From: the human T2T-CHM13v2.0 reference genome, Homo sapiens
Length of the DNA: 64,000 bases
NCBI RefSeq assembly: GCF_009914755.1
Contig: NC_060947.1
Direction: 5' to 3' (one strand)
This document shows, piece by piece, positions 15,080-34,010 of the stretch (within the stretch, counting starts at the first letter, position 1; each line of letters begins with the position of its first letter). The position numbers and the translations under genes are program-made. The notes beneath the pieces were generated by a model. That model was given only the letters and a program-made list of their open reading frames with translations. It did no database searches and had not been told where the DNA came from.

Positions 15080-16061
15080 GTTGTTTAAATTCTGTTGTAC
15101 ATCGTTCAAGGGGGGTGAAAAACAAGTCCTATTTACATTTTTGCAAGAATAACTTTTGAAACCTGAAGCATTCTAAGAAACTTAATTTAACTGCTATTTA
15201 AGTTCCTACTGAATGCCAGTAATGCTTTAATCTTCTGTTTAATCTTCTCAACCACTTTGCAGGATAGGTTGTCCTCATCATTTTACACGTGGGGAAATTG
15301 ACGCTCTCAGAGAGTAAATGCCTTGTCTCAAGTCACATGGATTCACACTCAGATTAGCCTGGCCTCAAAACCTTTGTGCTTTTTTGTTAAACTCAGTTGT
15401 TTCCCTTATCTGGTTTAGGTCTTGGGCTATCTGTCATCAGAGAGCATGCATTCTTATTTTAATTTTACAAAATCAAGATTCTTTTTCATGTATAGTGCAA
15501 GGTAAATATAGATTTTTACCCAGAGTCAGATAAGTTGCTGCCTGAGGTCTATATTGTCTTTTAATAGTAATAGAAGTAGTTGAAATAAATCTGAGCATTG
15601 GTTTTGTTTGCATATGCTTATTAAAGTTTGTGGGATAATGAATTGTATTCTTGAATTTTTTGGGGGGGGAATCATGTGATACATGAAATGGTTTCATAGA
15701 TATTTTTTCTTTTAGGTCATTTATGCTCTATTTAAAATGGAGATTACATGTGTCTGAGAATTGTTCCCCAGTCCTTCAGCTTGTTTTACTGAGTGGTTAG
15801 ATTCGAAGTAAAAAGTTTAGGCTAATCTTTAATAATTCAGCGCTCTGGTTCTTTAGGGGTATTTTTTGTTATTTAATTGTACCTTAAAAATTCTTTTTTA
15901 TTCTGTTAATATCTCCTGTTTGCTTATACTTCCTATTTTAGTTCATCTTTCACTATTAAGTTTTCTTGTTCTTACTGTTATCAGGTGATAAATAGTTAAT
16001 ATCAGGGCCCCAAGTTATTAGGTTCATTAGTGATCGGTATCTTAGTCTCAGTTTTCTTTTT

Positions 16062-16359
16062 CCTTTCTGTTTTTTTTTTAGATGGAGTTTCGCGCTTGTT
16101 GCCCAGGCTGTGGTGCAGTGGCATGATTGGCTCACTGCAACCTCCGCCTCCCAGGTTCAAGCGATTTCCTCGCCTCAGCCTCCCGAGTAGCTGGGACTAC
16201 AGGCGCGTACCACCACACCCGGCTAATTTTTTGTATTTTTGGTAGAGACGGGATTTCCCCATGTTGGCCAGGCTGGTCTCGAACTCCTGACCTCAGGTGA
16301 TTCACCCATCTCCACCCCACAAAGTGCTGGGATTACAGGCGTGAGCCACCGCACCCGGT
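16062..16359 (-). mobile_element. AluS
   Basis: Alu consensus. Confidence 0.95.
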
Positions 16360-16366
16360 CTTCCTG

Positions 16367-16397
<31 letters not shown>

Positions 16398-16798
16398 GTA
16401 ACTGAAGTTTTTTTTATCTGAAGGAATTCTGGTTGTTGGACTTATGACCTAAGATAAATTTATGGAGACAAGGAAAACAAAATATATATATTTGTGCTTT
16501 TCATAGCCATGAGTCAAATTTATATGTTTATATTGATCATTCCTTTAAGCTTTAACATGTAGGAAATACTTTTTTCCCAGGTGATGAACAGCAGTCTTAT
16601 ACTCAGACTCTTTGTTCATTGAGGAGTCTTTTCATCCATATTTCCCCCTTTGTATTCCAAGAAAACCAAGAACTGGTGTTCCATGACAGAATTATTCCCC
16701 GAGGCATCCATTGTATATTATAAATTAGTTTCTCCCCTGCACATCTAGAAAGATATTAGTTAGGTATCATTCTTGGGAGACTTCAGGAATAGTCACTG

Positions 16799-16847
16799 AA
16801 GTCATTTTCTGAGTTCTGTAGTCAAGTCATTTTCTGAGTTCTGTAGT
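16799..16847 (+). repeat. 25-bp tandem duplication aagtcattttctgagttctgtagt(c) x2
   Basis: Read directly. Confidence 0.9.
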
Positions 16848-17283
16848 TAACATGAGGAACACTGGTTGAGAAAGGCTGCTAGAATATTAAGGGACTTGGT
16901 TTGGCACTAAATAAAGTTTTACTTTTCACTGTCACTTTCCTGTTAGTAACTCTAATATGGCCTCTATTAAAATTCGTGATACAATGTGAATGCTGTTGAT
17001 ACTGCTATTGCTGTGGGATAAATTGGTTAGTGTTGATTTCAAGCAGTTAGTGCTGCTTAGTTGTTTGAAAGAATTTAATGTGGGACATTAAATGCATCAT
17101 TTTATTTATAAGAAGGAATATTGTGGGAGCACTGTTCATTATACAGTTCAAAATCTATAAAAAGTCACTGACAGTGACTAACATGAACAAGAACTAATAC
17201 TAACTGAACTCTTACCATATGCCAGATACTCTTAAAAATGCTTTGTGTGTATTAGCTTACTTTATCTTAGTAACTCTATGAGG

Positions 17284-17464
17284 TAGGATGACCATATGAT
17301 TTATTGTTCAAGCCAGGATACTTTTGAACGTGAAAGGGATTGCTTCTTGGCCTTTTGGCTAAGATCAAGGGAAGAGTGAGTGAAAGGGGGCACTCACTGA
17401 ATGGCATGCTGAGATAATAGCAGAAACTAGGACTGTTTGAGAGAAAGGATGTGTGATGACCCTA
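17284..17464. mobile_element. MER96-like hAT MITE nested in a MIR (~17190-17550)
   Basis: ggatgaccatatgatttattgttcaagccaggatacttttga...gtgaaagggggc...gatgaccct resembles MER96 consensus; MIR core gaaactgaagcatagggag follows. Confidence 0.7.
17339..17374 (+). pseudogene. 3'-truncated U2 snRNA retropseudogene (first ~31-36 nt of U2)
   Basis: attgcttcttggccttttggctaagatcaag versus U2 atcgcttctcggccttttggctaagatcaag (2 CpG-type changes); gtgaaaggg direct repeats at 17330-17338 and 17380-17388. Confidence 0.88.
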
Positions 17465-17561
17465 ATTAATACCTTCTTTTTCAGAAGAAACTGAAGCATA
17501 GGGAGACCAAATAACTTGCCCACTTAGTAAGCGGTAAGAAGGGATTTAAAACCTCTGTAGA

Positions 17562-17857
17562 GGCTGGGCGCGGTGGCTCATGCCTGTAATCCCAGCACTT
17601 TGGGAGGCCGAGGCAGGTGGACCACCTGAGGTCAGGAGTTCGAGCCAGCCTGGCCAATATGGTGAAACCCCGTCTCTACTAAAAATATAAAAATTAGCCA
17701 GGTGTGGTGGCATGTGCCTGTAATCCCAGCTTCTTGGGAGGCTGAGGTAGGAGAATTGCCTGAAGCTGGGGGTAGAGGTTACAGTGAGCTGAGATTGCGT
17801 CACTGCACTCCAGCCTGGGCAACAGAGCAAGACTCTTGTCTCTAAAATAAAATAAAA
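17562..17857 (+). mobile_element. AluSx-like
   Basis: Alu consensus; TSD aaaacct(ct)gtaga. Confidence 0.95.
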
Positions 17858-18652
17858 CCTGTAGAGATTTCTATGGGAATGAAAGTGATTTAAATTATTT
17901 TAAATTGCCATATTCTGGGAGTTTGTTTACTTTTACCCTTTTGGGGGAGTTTTTGTTGGTACATGGTCAATAGTAAAAAGACAAGATAGTGTTTTTTAAA
18001 ATCCAGGAGAATTTCCACTTGGATTTTTTTCAAGTGGCTGTTAGACTGAGGTGATTATATTGTCTTAATGTTGAAAAGCAACTTTCCTGAGGGCCACCTA
18101 AGTTAAAACAAAACTCTAAGATAACGACATCTGAGTTTGTTTTCCGTATGTATTATTCAGGTTCCCTTTACCATTTTCTTAGGCAGAAATGTGGATTGTA
18201 GAAATTTTTACTGAGAAGACAGTAGAAAGAAGATGAATACTTTTGTGACTAGGGAGAAGTGTTACTAGAAAAGAAAGAAAAAGGTCCAGTTTAGAGACTT
18301 TTGAAGGTAAACTGATTCTGTAGCATAGTTTGAGAGTTAAGTCTTGTAGAGATTAATATGTCATTTCATAAAAAATATCCCTCTTTTATTGTGATTTTTA
18401 AAGCTATTTTATATTTCTGGCCTGTTTATGCTTGTGCTGTCACCTGAAAAAATATTACTGGTGAATTCAAATGTGGAGAAATGATTTTGGCACAGTTGTG
18501 GAAACAACTATATTGTAAACTAAGATCTTTTTTTTTCCTTTGAGTGGGAGTGAATGGTAGTATCTGATCTTAAGGAGACTTCCAGTTTTGTTTTCATACT
18601 TGGCTATTTTAATAGTTCATTGAGTAATTTGTGTTTTTTTTTTTCCCTCTAG

Positions 18653-18984
<332 letters not shown>

Positions 18985-19137
18985 AATTTTTAAGGTCTTT
19001 TATTTAGTTCATTGAAACCATTATGAGACAAGATATAGCTTGAAGGGGGACTGCATTTCTCACCAGATGAAGGAATTTGTGGCCTGTGTAGTGACTACGG
19101 GAGACAAAAGGTTATTTTGAGGAGATTTGATTTATTA

Positions 19138-20305
<1,168 letters not shown>

Positions 20306-20633
20306 CTAGATTACATAGTCTCTGCCCTTAGGGGAATATAGTCAGTTGGACTTTGTCACTACAGAAGGGTTAAAAAAATACCTATTAAAATACCGTGTAT
20401 TGGGTTTACATTAAAGAATATTGGGCTAAAACCAGCCATCAATGCAGTTTTGGCACTGTGTTCCTAATGTGAGATTAGTGACATACTGAAAAATTAGGGC
20501 TGCACTGAAAAACTTCAGGGAAAAATAACAACTGAGAAAACAAGCAGAACAACCGAGGGCTTTAATGTAGCCTTGGAATGCTTCAGTCTTTGGCAGTTGT
20601 TAATAAACAAAGTTAAAAGAGCCCATGATCATC

Positions 20634-22208
<1,575 letters not shown>

Positions 22209-22392
22209 TCAGTGCATAAAGTGCTACTGTTCATTGAGGAATATTTAGTAGTTATATTCATATTTGGGTATTCTGAATATACTTGAAAAATTTCAGAAGG
22301 ATCATTTGGACAATATGGGATTTTATTAGAAAAGTTCCTATAGTAGGACATTTGTTCCTAATCCTTTTAAGTTAGACTGAAGCAGTTTTCTA

Positions 22393-22698
<306 letters not shown>

Positions 22699-23545
22699 TT
22701 AAAAAGATGAAATTAAATTTTAAAAAAGAAAGATTTGTAACTGGAGGCAATTGTGTGTGCATATATGTATAAATATATAGTATTTGAATGTACAATATTG
22801 GCAAATATCCAGATTTATCTCATAGCAAGATTAACCTTTTCAGTCTAGGAACTGTTTTCATCTGATTTTGAATCCTTGTTTCATTGTGCAGTATATATTA
22901 TACAGGTTCTCAAATGGTAATTGAATTGAAACCTTCGTTTTTTTTTAAAGAAATGTAAACCTGCATTATAATTGCATTATTGGTATTCATATTTAAAAGC
23001 TGCATATTGGAAGAAAAATAGTTTCCCATAGTTGGTTTTACATTAATGATAAAGTTTGTATCGACAGGATACCACTTACAGCATCTTCTTACTATATGAC
23101 AAGTTGTACTAGGCTCCCTAACATTTAATTTTTTGTTTCTCACAACAACCCTATTGAGGTTGTTTACTGAGGTTCAGAATTGTTAGAGACTTGCCCAAGA
23201 TCACTTAGCTAATAAGTGGCCAAGCTTACTTTTTGAATCCAATTCTGCCTAATTCCAGAACACTCCTTTACATGGTGATACACTGCCTCCCAGTGGGATG
23301 ATTTATAGATTTCATAGTGATACTTTCTTTGGGGAAAGAGAATATAAAGGATACAAGAACTCTAAATGGAAAAGACAGAGGAGGAAGTTAAACTTCTCAT
23401 AGTGGTCAGGAACCTTTTGGGGGATTAAGTAGGAGGAAAGCTTATTTTCAGCTGAGAGCTGATGGATGTTTGAAGTTGCATGTGATATGTGTCATGTTTT
23501 ATAATAAACATCAAGTAGCAACTAGAAAAGGCTTAGCGGCAGGGA

Positions 23546-23623
23546 GATGATAAAGTTTCTTACACTGTAGTGATGATAAAGTTTCTTACACTGTACTGAT
23601 GATAAAGTTTCTTATACTGTACT
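23546..23623 (+). repeat. Minisatellite, 26-bp unit x3 (gatgataaagtttcttacactgta[g/c]t)
   Basis: Units at 23546, 23572 and 23598; 1-2 differences between units. Confidence 0.93.
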
Positions 23624-24246
23624 GTTTTAATCTTGAGTAAAGTGACATCTGAATTAATTTTAAGGAATTAACCTTTATAGAAAATAAACTGAAACAAAAT
23701 GTTAATCTAAAGCATTGTCTCCATAGGTAGTGTTCCCACCAAAGAACAATAATTCTAATAAGAATAATCTGTTCAGGTAAACTGGTCTAAGTCAGGCAGC
23801 ATTATGATTCCAGTTTGTGTTTTGGTTTTCATATTCCACTAGCCTCCCTTTTCTGCTGTTTTTTTTCCCCCCCTCCGGTATCTTTACAGTTTCTGTAGTT
23901 CTTCATAAAAAGTAGAAATGTTTTGATGGCGATTTCCTTATTTTACTTTTATGCTGTTACTGCTAACAGTAGACAGCCTTATTTGTGAGGCACTGAAATA
24001 GAAGTGATTTCAAAAATTAATCCATTTCGTGACTCAGAAACATTTCCTTTAAAAATAATGAAAAAAAATAGAAAAATTAGTCCATTTAAATTTCCCTACA
24101 AGCCTGTGAGGTGTTGATGCTATTATTATTTTCTGTTTGTGTGTGAGGAAACGGAGGCATAGTGAGCTTAAACTTTTTCTAAGCACACACATACTTAGGA
24201 AGTGTTGGAGCCTTAATGTGAACCCAGGCAATCTGGTTCCCAAGTG

Positions 24247-24557
24247 TTTTTTTTTTTTTTTTTTTTTTTTTTTTGAGATAGGGTCTCATTCTGTTGCCCA
24301 GGGTGGAGTGCAAGTGGCACTATCATGGCTCACTGCAGCCTTGACTTTCTGGGCTCAAGCGGTACTCTTACCTCAGCCTCCTGAGTAACTGGGACTACAG
24401 GTGCATGCCACCAAGCCCAGCTTATTTTCATATTTTTTGCAGAGATGGGGTCTTAACCATATTGCTTAGGCTGGTTTTGAACTCGTGGGCTCAAGCCACC
24501 TGGCCGCTTTGGCCTCCCAAGTGTTGGGATTGCAGGCGTGAACCACCGTGCCTGGCC
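24247..24557 (-). mobile_element. AluJ inserted in a MIR (~24070-24870)
   Basis: Alu consensus; MIR core gaggaaacggaggc upstream. Confidence 0.9.
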
Positions 24558-24571
24558 ACTACTGAGTTCTT

Positions 24572-24835
24572 TTTTTTTTTTTTTTTTTAACTTTTAAGTT
24601 GAGAGGTACATGTGCAGGATGTGCAGGTTTGTTAACATAGGTAAACCTGTGGTTTGCTGCACAGATCATCCCATCACCTAGGTATTAAGCCCAGTTTCCA
24701 TTAGCTATTCTTCCTGATGCTCTTCCCCCACTCCCACAGGCCCCATTGTGTGTTGTTTCCCCCCATATGTCCATGTGTTCTCATCATTCAGCTCCCACTT
24801 ATAAGTGAGAACATGTGGTGTTTGGTTTTCTGTTC
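24572..24835 (-). mobile_element. 5'-truncated L1PA 3' end
   Basis: poly-T plus acatgtgcaggatgtgcaggtttgt...cccacttataagtgagaacatg; TSD ctgagttctt (24562-24571, 24836-24845). Confidence 0.92.
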
Positions 24836-25079
24836 CTGAGTTCTTAATGCTACACTACCATACTGCTGATCAGTGGACAATAATGTGAGTGGTTTCTTCA
24901 TCTTGGCAGTGTACTTTTAAGTCCTCTATTTAATTGTGGAGTATGTTTGTGCATCCTTATAGGAATTTTAGGAGATAGCAGAGGATTGGGCAAATCTTTG
25001 ATCCTCAAGATTCCCCAGCTGTACAATAGGTGTAATCCCATTTGCCTTATAGGTTATTTATAGAGACTATATAGTAATA

Positions 25080-25307
25080 CAGGTTGAGCATCCCAAATCC
25101 AAAATCTTCCAAAATCTGAAACCTTTTAAGCACCCACGTGATGCTCCAAAGAAATGTTCATTGGAACATTTTGGATATGGGATGCTCAACTGGTAAGTAT
25201 AATACAAATAATCCCAAATCCAAACAATATTAATATTTGGATTTTGGAATATTTATGTTTGAAACACTTTTGGTCCCAAGCATTTTGGATAAGGGATACT
25301 CAACCTG
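25080..25307. mobile_element. Tigger4/MER46-family MITE
   Basis: TIRs caggttgagcatccc / gggatactcaacctg with TA flanks. Confidence 0.88.
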
Positions 25308-25539
25308 TACTTTTTCTGGGATTTTTCTGTGTGCCAGATAATAGGCTGAGGGTTTTGCTGGCATGGTAGGCCCCCCAGATAGCTCAGTAATTCCATTTAT
25401 TGAGTACATTCCATGTGTCAGATACTTGAGGTAATATACTACCTTTAGTTATTACATGATAGGGGATATTATACCCATTTTATGGATGAGAAAACTGAAC
25501 CTAAAGAAATTCAGTAATTTGCTCAAATAGGTTTTTACT

Positions 25540-25870
25540 TTGCGGCCTTTGTACTTGTTGATCCCTCTGCCTGGCTTGGTTTCTCATTTCTCTAGGATAT
25601 TTTGCTCAAATATTACCCTTTCAGTGGAACGTTCCTTGGCCATCTCATTAAAATAATATCCCTTGCTTTGCCAGCCCTCCTTTTTCAGTTTATTTTGCTT
25701 AATATTACCATCAAACATACATTTACATGAGTTGTCTCTTTCCCCACTCTAGAATGTTAAGTGAGAGGAAGGATATTTGTCAGCCGCCTTTATATTGCTT
25801 TAACCCCAGCACCTAGAACAGTGCTTGGAGTGTAGTAAGTATTTAATATTTGTTGAGCTAATGTTTATGT
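25540..25870. mobile_element. L2 3' fragment
   Basis: ccccagcacctagaacagtgcttgg...atatttgttga motif. Confidence 0.7.
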
Positions 25871-27544
25871 GGCATCCAGGGATACACTGGACTTATTTGC
25901 AAGCTGATCCTGAAGTAAACTAATTTCATATTTAACAGACCAAAATGGGCATTCCTTAGAAGTGAAATGCTGTGGCAGGTGTTTGGGCCTGTTTTGGGTG
26001 GGGGTTGGGAGGCAGTTGAGTCTCCTGTAGTTTTTAGAGGCCTATTCTCATGAATTGCCTTGAGTTCCAGGAGGAGTATATGCCTTCAGCTCAGCTTCTA
26101 GGTTCTGTAGAGCCTTTTATCTATTAGTACAGGTCTCTTAAAGCTGCTGCTTCTTACTTAACTTGCAACCCCTCATTTTGCCCAAAGATTCTTTGAGTGA
26201 CCATTTATAGTGTATTTGTGATGATCACAGCATAGAGCTTGATGTGAAGCAGAGGGTTAGCTTTGAACAGGGGGATCCTAGCTTTGCCATTTATAACTTA
26301 GTAGGAGATAACATAGCATACATATGTACATTTCTAGATAGATACATATGTGTGTATATTTTAAAAATGCATTGTGCTGAAACTTTCAATAATTAGGTTT
26401 TGGTTAATATTTAATATTTTGATAGCACATAGTTTTTTCTGACATCTTGGAATGCATACCCTTTTTGTTTCTGCTTCTCAAAACATTTCTTGCAATAATG
26501 TGTGTAGTTGGAACATAGTAGTAATAATATTTTACTGTACTCTTGCATCCAAATGCAAGCTGATTTTGGAGAGAAAGAGACATTGGATTTTAGATACTTC
26601 AACCTTAAGTTGATATTATGTAACTGTGGTTCAGCAGAGATAAGAGCAGGAGATTTTTTTGGGATCATTATGCATAGTGTACATTGGCTTTTGGTGGGGG
26701 TACTTAGAATTAAAGAGCCGGAGGGTCAGAGGTGAAAACATCATGCTTAACTTGGCAGGAGGAAGAAGTAGGATCACTGATAAGAGTGGTCAAAGAGGTA
26801 GGAGAAAATTTAGGATAATGTAGCATACAATCCATAAGCATCTCAAATTTGAAAAGAATCCAGATGGCATGTTCTCCCATCTGGGAGATGCTTTTAAATT
26901 GTATACAGTATAAAAACTGTTCTTCCAATTATGTCAAGTTAAAATTATCTTTAAAGCTGATATGATCAACAATTATCCTTATGTAGATTGTTTCCTTTGT
27001 CGCATCTCATGGGAATTGGGTTCTTCTCCCACACTGGGTCCCAGGTTACAAATAATAGGTTTAAGCTGGGAAGTGGTCAGGGACAGGAAGGGAGGGCATA
27101 TTTGGCTTTATTGAATTCTACAAAGTCAAATAGAATTGTATTGGAATTATTTTACATGCAACATTGGTATTAGTGTGGCTGATCAAAGAATTGATTGTAC
27201 TTAAATATGCAAATAGTATTAGGATAATACAATACTGCAATTTGATGTCCTCTTCAAAATAGCTCTGAAAAATATGATTGGAATTTCTGGAGTCTATTTT
27301 GAAAAGGAAAACTTTTTTTTTCTTTTTTCCTTCTGTACTTCATGTGAAATAAGTGTGTAGGCAACTACTTTAGTTTCTTTAAGTTTTGTGTAAAAGCTAA
27401 CTTGGGTAGAAATAATGCTGGAGATGAGTATCTTATAAAAATCACTTCATTTTTCTGCTTCTTGAGAGAATATTTTACAGGGAAATTATTATCAATATGA
27501 AAAATGACTCATAATTCTACTTTTCTCATTCCAGAAGTTTTTTT

Positions 27545-28110
27545 TCTTAATTTTGGTAAAATATATATAAAATTTGCCATTGTAACCATTTTAAGTATAC
27601 AGTTCAGTGGCATTGAGAACATTTACGTTGTTGTGCAACCATTGTCACCATTCATACCCAGAATTTTTTTACTATCTCATAATAAAACTGTACCCATTAA
27701 ACAATAGGGCCCTGTTCCTCCCTCCCTCCCTCGCTCCCTCCCACCTCCCAGCCCCTGGTAATCACTGTTCTTCTTTCTTTATATTTGACTATTCTAAGTA
27801 TTTCATGTAAGTGGAATGATACAAAATTTGTTCTTTGTGGCTATTTCATTTAGCATGTATTCCAGGTGATACATGTTGTAACGTTTATCAGAATTCATTC
27901 CTTTTTAAAAGTGAATAATATTCCATTGTATGTATATACCATATTTTGCTTATCTACTCATCAGTTGACAGATGCTTGGGTTACTTATACCTTTTGGCTA
28001 TTATAGGCATTATTCAAGCATGAATAATGGTGACAGGAACATTGGTGTACAAATATCTGTTCAAGTCACTGCATTCGATTCTTTTGTGTATATACCCAGA
28101 AGTGGAATTG
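27545..28110 (-). mobile_element. L1MB 3' fragment
   Basis: gtatacagttcagtggcattgag...atacccagaagtggaattgct. Confidence 0.85.
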
Positions 28111-28471
28111 CTCCACAAATATTTGAGTACCTAGTATATGGCAGGCACTGTGCTAAGCACTGGGGATGCAGCAGTGAAAAAGAGGGGCCTGGTTCTTGCC
28201 CTTATGGAATTTACAGTCTAGTAGGGAAAAAAGATGTTAAATAAGCAGTTGCAGTTAAGTGGGTTAAATGTTACAAAAACGTTAAGCACAGAGTGCCGTG
28301 TGTATGTTTCATATAATTGTAATAATATATATATGTTAAGCCAAAAGAGACTATAAAACATCAAATACTTTTTCCCCTTCCAATATAATCCCCTGCAGCA
28401 CCTCACTACCCCTGGCCACCTACCACATGGAAATGTCTTCTGCTGCTTTTCTTCACATTTAAAAATGCAAT

Positions 28472-28765
28472 GCCGCTGGGTGAGGTGGCTCACGCCTGTA
28501 ATCCCAGCACTTTGGGAGGCTAAGGTGGGTGGATTGCTTGAGGCTAGGAGTTCCAGAAGAGACTGGGTAACAGCAAGACCCTGTCTCTACTAAAAAAAAA
28601 AAAAAAAAAGCCATAGTGGCATGTACCCACAGTCCTAGCTACTCGAGAAGCTGAGGCTGGAGGATCCCTTGCTCCCAGGAGTTTGAGGCTGCAGTGAGCT
28701 GTGGTCATACCACTGAACTCCAGCTTGGGTGGCAGAGTGAGACCCTGTCTTTAAAAAAAAGAAAA
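28472..28765 (+). mobile_element. AluJ
   Basis: Alu consensus; TSD aaaatgca. Confidence 0.92.
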
Positions 28766-28781
28766 TGCATCCAGAATTTAC

Positions 28782-29101
28782 TTTTTTTGTTTTTTTGAGA
28801 TGGAGTCTTGCTCTGTCACCCAGGCTGGAATGCAGTGGCACGATCGTGGCACGATCTTGGCTCACTGCAACTTTCGCACCACTGCAACCTCCACCTCCTG
28901 GGTTCAAGCGATTCTTGTGTTTTGGCCTTCTGAGTAGCTGGGATTACAGTGCCACCACGCCTGGCCAATTTTTGTATTTTTAGTAGAGATGGAGTTTCAC
29001 CATGTTGGCCAGGCTGGTCTCGAACTCCTGACCTCAAGTGATCCGCCCACCTTGGCCTTCCAAAATGTTGAGATTATAGGCGTGAGCCACCGCACCCTGC
29101 C
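28782..29101 (-). mobile_element. AluS with small internal duplications
   Basis: Alu consensus; gtggcacgatc x2; TSD gaatttactttt. Confidence 0.93.
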
Positions 29102-30373
29102 GGAATTTACTTTTGAATATGATGTGAGGCAGGGCTGTACACTTTAGTCTTTTTTTTTTTTTTTGCCTTTTTTTTTGCCCTTTTTTTTTTTTTGCCGTAT
29201 CATGAACCAAAACCAACTACTTTCCTTGTACATTTGTCTGTTTCTATATCCTCATTTTTAGGTAGCAATACTTCTATAAGTAGCTTTATCTTTTTCCCTA
29301 TCTAATTGTGTCCAGCAGTTGGAATCACGCTGTCAGTCAGCATGAACATTTTTAAAGCTCTTGGTAACTGAAGTTATATTGTTTTCTAATAGGGTTGTAC
29401 TGATTTTACAGTGCCATCAGTGCTGTGATACGTGGTAACCACATTTTCCCTGCTTCGGAGATGTTAAACAGTCCGTGCAGTTCCTCAGATTTCTTTAATT
29501 TGCATTTCTTTGATTACTAGCTGAAATTAATATTTCCCCTTGTTTTTCAGCAAGGTATTGTGAATGTGACTGACAAACTTAAGTTTAACCTGAGAGGGCC
29601 TTATAAATTATGAGTATACAGTAGTTTTTAGTAAATTACTGGCACTTTTTTTTTTTTAGTATTTAGATGTATCTACTTTTTTTAAATTGAGTTTGTGTAT
29701 TTTGTAATGTCTGTTCACCTTATTTGTGGTTCTCCTAGTTCATTTCAATTTACTACTTAGGAAACCTGAAGTAATCTATCCATCCTCTTGTTTAGCCTAG
29801 TAGTGCTAAGTTGCATTCAGTGGATAGCCAATTCGTGGATGAGCTGAGTTCAAGTGTTTTGTAAATAGAGTATGAGAGAATCAGTGGGAAGAGCCCAGAT
29901 TTTTTTTTCTTACTGTAGTGTAATCTTTTTAGCAGTGAAGCCTATAGTGAAATGAGATTTTTATTAGTAACTTAGCCTGCTTCTTGATAGTAATAGTTAT
30001 TTATAGTCATGAGCCGGACGGATAAAGTAAAATTGGCTGTTTGACATAATTCTTTTGAAAAATAATTATATAATTGTATTTATCTTTATGCCAGGTGGTA
30101 GTAGTCTACATAAACTACTTCCAGGTAGGAAGTCCGCAGTATTCTCCTTTTGGGGATTTGTCAGTACCAAGGCATTGCAGAACCTATGGAAAAAGATATC
30201 CTTTATGATATCTGAGAATGTTCTGGACTAGCTAACTTTAGAGTGGTTAAAGAGACACTAACAACTTAGTGGTGAAAAATTTTCCAGGTGTAGAAAGAGA
30301 AGTTAGGGGCAAATAAAACATTGTATAGAGCAGTTAATTTTGTTTCCTTTAACCTGTGTCAGAAAAAGAATAA

Positions 30374-32235
<1,862 letters not shown>

Positions 32236-32454
32236 CCCTGCTCCACAGCCAGCCTCTTGTATTCATGCTACTTTACAAAGAAGGAATTAGCCTTTCAGAG
32301 GAGCTAAGAAACTTGGCCCAGGGTTACACAATTAGAATTAGTAATATGAACACTGGGACATATATCCTGTGTTCTCTGGTTCTGGTTCTGTGTTTTTTAG
32401 AACCATAGAATTTTAGAGGAGGAAGAAGCCTTGAAGAGTAGTACTCTAACCTCA

Positions 32455-32672
32455 CATATATATATATCATATATATGTGTCATATATCATATATACATAT
32501 ATGATATATATCATGTATATATGCATGTATCTATATATACATATATGTATCATATATGTATATATGATATATATGATACATATGTGATACATATATGATA
32601 TATAATATATGTATATATGTGTGTATATATGGGAAATATTTATTTACAAATATATATGATGTTAATATATAT
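32455..32672. repeat. Degenerate (TA)n/(TATATG)n low-complexity repeat
   Basis: Read directly. Confidence 0.9.
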
Positions 32673-33258
32673 AATAAACTAACTTTATAAAGCTAATATG
32701 GCAGAGTTAGGATTCCAACCCAGGTCTCTTCCTTAGATCAGTCCTGTGATCTTTCTAATCTTCCATGTCTTTGATTCTGGAGATGTGTATGCTACCTGAT
32801 GAAATGTCTGATAACAAAGGTATTTGAGTTTCTTAATAGTTTTCTGTCACATGTTTGTTCTTGTAATGGTGAATAGCTTCCAAAAACATTTGAATTTATT
32901 TTGAGGCAGCTTGGGATGGTGGAAAGAACTTATGCTTTAGAGACAAGTAGATTTAAGAGCACCTATGACACCTTTATTGACTGTGTGACCCTGTTGTTTA
33001 CTAATCTGTAAAATGGGCAGAATATCATCTACCTTGAACTAAAACATAGTGTATTATGTTGAGTGTCTGACATAGAATGTGCTCGATAATGTTACCATTG
33101 TTTTAGAAAATGTTACAGAGATGAAATGTACTTCATTACAGTATAGAAAGGGACAACTAAGATGAAAAAACGTTTTGGAAAGCATTTGACCAAAGGTTTT
33201 ATATCTGCATTCATACAGATTGATATGAATAACTTATGATTTTAAATGTTAGTGAACA

Positions 33259-34010
<752 letters not shown>

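Noticed and set aside
23546-23623. CRISPR-like direct repeats
   Set aside because: No spacers, no cas genes, eukaryotic context; simple tandem repeat
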